Positions 60,580 through 64,000 of a stretch of DNA of 64,000 nt are shown here, piece after piece. Made by a program: the position numbers and the translations under genes. The number at the start of each line of letters is the position of its first letter. Position 1 is the stretch's first letter. The DNA is from Lepidodermella squamata. Taxonomy: Eukaryota; Animalia; Gastrotricha. The notes beneath the pieces are model-generated. The model had not been told where the DNA came from. It worked only from the letters and a program-made list of their open reading frames with translations, and made no database searches. The stretch lies in the NCBI GenBank assembly GCA_047495785.1, contig JBLDXI010000025.1, forward strand, positions 1,550,001 through 1,614,000, in the 5' to 3' direction.

Positions 60580-61017
60580 TATTTCGACATGAAATTCTTA
60601 TGGCTACTAAGGCAAATAAAAGATACGCAAACAACAGATCATGCTGATAATTCCTTGCTGAACTGAGCCCAAATGAGAGGTGGCTATTGAATGTCCCAAC
60701 AATAAGAGGTCATTTACGCTCCGATTGATTTTCACAAATTAGTATGTCCTCTTGTATGTTCAAATTTGTGTGTTACGATTGCTGCTGGCGCTGAATATTA
60801 GGCAGAGAATTTTCTATATTTTAAGAAGGTCTCTTGATTTCCGAGTGTACCTCTAAAAGATTCGGTTGATTGAGCTCAAGTCTCTATTCCATTTTTCAAG
60901 GCCTCTGATTAAATCGCACACATTTATTTACACATAGACTGGACAATTATAAACAAATAATGTAAAAAATCATTAAATTCATGTTAGTGCAACGCCTCTA
61001 TCTAGACTGAGGCGATT

Positions 61018-63066
61018 TTAAATTAGCGTACTGTTGCTTCTCTCGAGTATTCTCGCCGGCGGTAGGTAGGTAAACAAAATTGCTGGGGTGAGAAAGGTGG
61101 CCATCGCATACAGCCACATGTTGATACGCTCCAACACCTCGGCCACGTAAATCCACTGATCTTTCGGCGACAATTTGTGGATCGAAGCGTCGTCATCATT
61201 GCTATTGGCCGCATCGAAAACTTCGTCAGATGCTGTTATTGTAGGCTGAGGAGTTTGGTAGTTGTCCCATCGTGTGTTAACTTCTTTTGGCTCTGACTGA
61301 TCTAGCGAACCAAGGGGTGGCGCTTTGTTGCCGAAAATTGAGCGTAATACTGATCCAATGCTATTTTTGCGCCCGACTTGTGACCCACTGTTACGGTAGA
61401 CCACAAACACGCTGTTACTTCGAGACCTACGACGCCGGGCGGCCATGGCTTCGTAGTCTAGAAATAACGCAGCTCCCAGCCCTTCACAAATCGAGAGAAT
61501 CACAAAAGGTGGAGACTTCTGAAATAAAAATAGTTTGTTAGCGAACTGAAAGCTGTAAAGCCACGAACTTTGTTGAATCCAGCTTGCCGTAGTAGGAAAA
61601 ACACGATGCCTTCGCCAATGAGCGCGATAGTTCCGATGTAAAACATTTGAAGGTCGATGAAAAGGGACAGGAGAGGTATCTCTCGCGATGATTTCGGGAT
61701 TTCAGCCAATATCATGCTTTGGAAGAACGAGTATGCCAGTAAACACGTGAATGACATGTGAACTTTACTGACTTCTTGAATCTGAGAATCAAAGTTTCGA
61801 AAATTAACTGGAAATGCAATCAATATCTTTACCGGTAGAATGAAGACAACGAGTTCCACTACAGCTATGATAATACTTGGGATGATTATGTTGATATAAT
61901 AAAATAGCGTCTTGCGGCGAAGTAGCAGCGAGAAAGCGATCTAAAGAATACTTAATTATTTAATAAATTGAAATTAATATTAGTTGTTTACTCTGTCAAA
62001 AAGTAGTCCGTTATTCTCGTAAGGGTACGAAACAACTTGGGAGTAGTTGTCGGCGATTTCCCACAGTTCGCTCTCAATCCAGAGATTAGGAACTTGCACA
62101 AAAGGGTTTTTCAACAAGAATAGCATTTGCATTGTTGATGGATAATTCCAACTCTCGATTATTACTCGACAAATCTTAGAAAATTTGCTTGAACAATTTA
62201 TACGCAAGGGAATGGCTGTTATGAATTCAAACTTGTGAATCGAAAGGGAATAGCTTGAGATCAACCCGGCATTGTCCGAGAATGATCCCAGTAGGGTAGA
62301 CCTCAATCATGCCCGACTGCTTAATGCACGCCTTTGAAGTCAACATTACCGAGCTATCCCTATATAACATGGAGAGATTAAGTTAGCTTTTGGTTATTTT
62401 TAGAACATACGGTTTTTCCAAGCCACCAGTTAACCAAGTGATGTCTGGTAACCAAATCTGGTTGCTGTCAACTAAAATTTGGCTGATGCAGTTGTACGGA
62501 TGGAACATCTCCCATTCGAGGTACTCGTCCCACCACGACTAAGAATTTGATAAATTCATTATAACCCAACTTTAAGGCAGCATCTTACCAGAGTTAAGTA
62601 CCCATGCAAATACATGGTGCTCTCCCTTTCATTCTGATGAATCAATAAATTGAAATGTAGAAAATGCAGTAGAGAAAGATAATAACTAACAAACTCTCTA
62701 AGGCCCAGCATTTTAAGCCGAACGCCGACTCTAACAGTTTTTGAAGCATTCCTCCTCGGCCGCATTTTACTCCCCGGATGGCTGCGAAATATGAATTCGA
62801 AAACATTAGCCTCTGAAATCGGGTGACCTGTGATAATTGATAAATATCCATGATTTTCGGTCTAGTTAAATTCTCTTACTATGACACGTTAGGTTTGAAG
62901 GAATAGGAGTTGTCCGTGCAGCACTGATTTGAGGGAATCCTGTTGTAGTCGTCACATTTTCCGGCACAGTCGAGTTGGTATTATTCTGAAATTCGCATAT
63001 TACCGCGCTGAAAAGCAGTCTCAGCAAAATTATTATTTTAAGGTATTTAGCTGATTCTCGGCCCAT
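61018..63066 (-). CDS. Divergent Cys-loop channel subunit, copy C
   Basis: Hydrophobic N-terminus, IWLPDI, Cys loop CRVDLKLFPFDSQIC, ESWNY, RRKTLFY-M1, M4 WIYVAEVLERINMWLY. Confidence 0.86.
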
Positions 63067-63443
63067 TTAAACAGATTTATTCAAGCTAGAGCCTAATCTG
63101 TAATTAAATGAATCCTGAAGTAATATTTGCGGTTTGATAGTGACCAGCCGTCATTTTACCGGTAGCATCTTGACAGCCGGATGAGTGGACTCGTGGGTAC
63201 CATTATGAGAGCCATCAGGTGTTAAGGCTATTTACAGTAGCTATCGAGCGATTTTGCGCTCTCATGGGAATAGCGTGCTTTTTCCGCTCCAGTAATTCCG
63301 ACTGATGACAGCCGAATGACAGATTTTAATTGCACTCAAAATAAAAGGAGAATTTTTGCGAAAAACAGGTCATCATTAAATAATTGCACCGACACGATAC
63401 TATGTTTCGTTATGAAGGATTAAAATTCATTGTGTAGCTAGAT

Positions 63444-64000
63444 TCAGACTTTCTTTCGAGGTAAAATTTTATCCTCGGGCAGAGTAAGGTACATGATGAA
63501 CGGCGTAAGAATCGTGGCTAAGAAATACAGCCACATGTTGATGCGCTCGACAACTTCCGCGACGTAGAGCCACTGATTCTTTGGTGGTAATTTTTCAGGG
63601 TCCACGTCTTTCGGGGCAGCTGGAGCCGGCTGTACACGAAAGTCGCTAGATGGGTCAGTTTTGGGCTCGTTTTCAGAAATTGTGAATACGTCAACAACTG
63701 ATACAGCTCCATCCCTCACGCTTCCGCATACCGTATTAGTACTCGAACTCTTCCTTCGGCGATTCACTGACTTCAGCAATTTTTTGTAGATACTCTTAGA
63801 TGTGTTGCTATTGTTGAAAGCTTCCATCTCGCGCTGAGACAGCAAAACACAACTCACGGCCTTGCAAAATGCAAACAGAGGTTTTGACGGTGACCTCTGA
63901 AACATAGTGTGAATGAAAGCTGGCTAGTATAAGGAATTGCATACTCGGTTGAAATTTGCATGCTTCAACGCCAGGATGACTAATCCTTCGCCCATTATTC
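63444..64000 (-). CDS. Divergent Cys-loop channel subunit, copy D (3' part; runs off the window)
   Basis: End of M3 (MGEGLVILAL), intracellular loop and M4 WLYVAEVVERINMWLYFLATILTP, homologous to copies A-C. Confidence 0.82.

Overview
Compact invertebrate animal genomic DNA with many GT-AG micro-introns of about 37-60 nt; the species cannot be identified from sequence alone. In order, the window holds: (1) three tandem minus-strand orphan class C (GABA-B-like) GPCRs plus a decayed fourth, with a divergent class A GPCR among them; (2) an 11-exon LRP-like beta-propeller/EGF receptor; (3) a tandem GRDP-domain membrane protein with His-rich and Gly/Cys tails; (4) an SLC23 nucleobase transporter; (5) a young large inverted duplication (36.2-51.3 kb) centred on a MITE; (6) a frameshifted LamG-type gene; (7) a tandem cluster of at least four divergent Cys-loop channel subunits. 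Several MITEs and LINE fragments are interspersed. The best candidate for a new system is a gene encoding five tandem TIR domains followed by one TM helix. It may splice in frame into the downstream Ser/Thr/Pro repeat ORF, giving an inverted-topology TIR receptor with a mucin-like ectodomain. The repeat has 9 units in one palindrome arm and about 135 units (9.3 kb) in the other. A second candidate is the Cys-loop cluster, whose M2 helix lacks the cation-channel GEK motif and carries His at the 2' pore position. All gene models and family calls were made by eye, without database searches.
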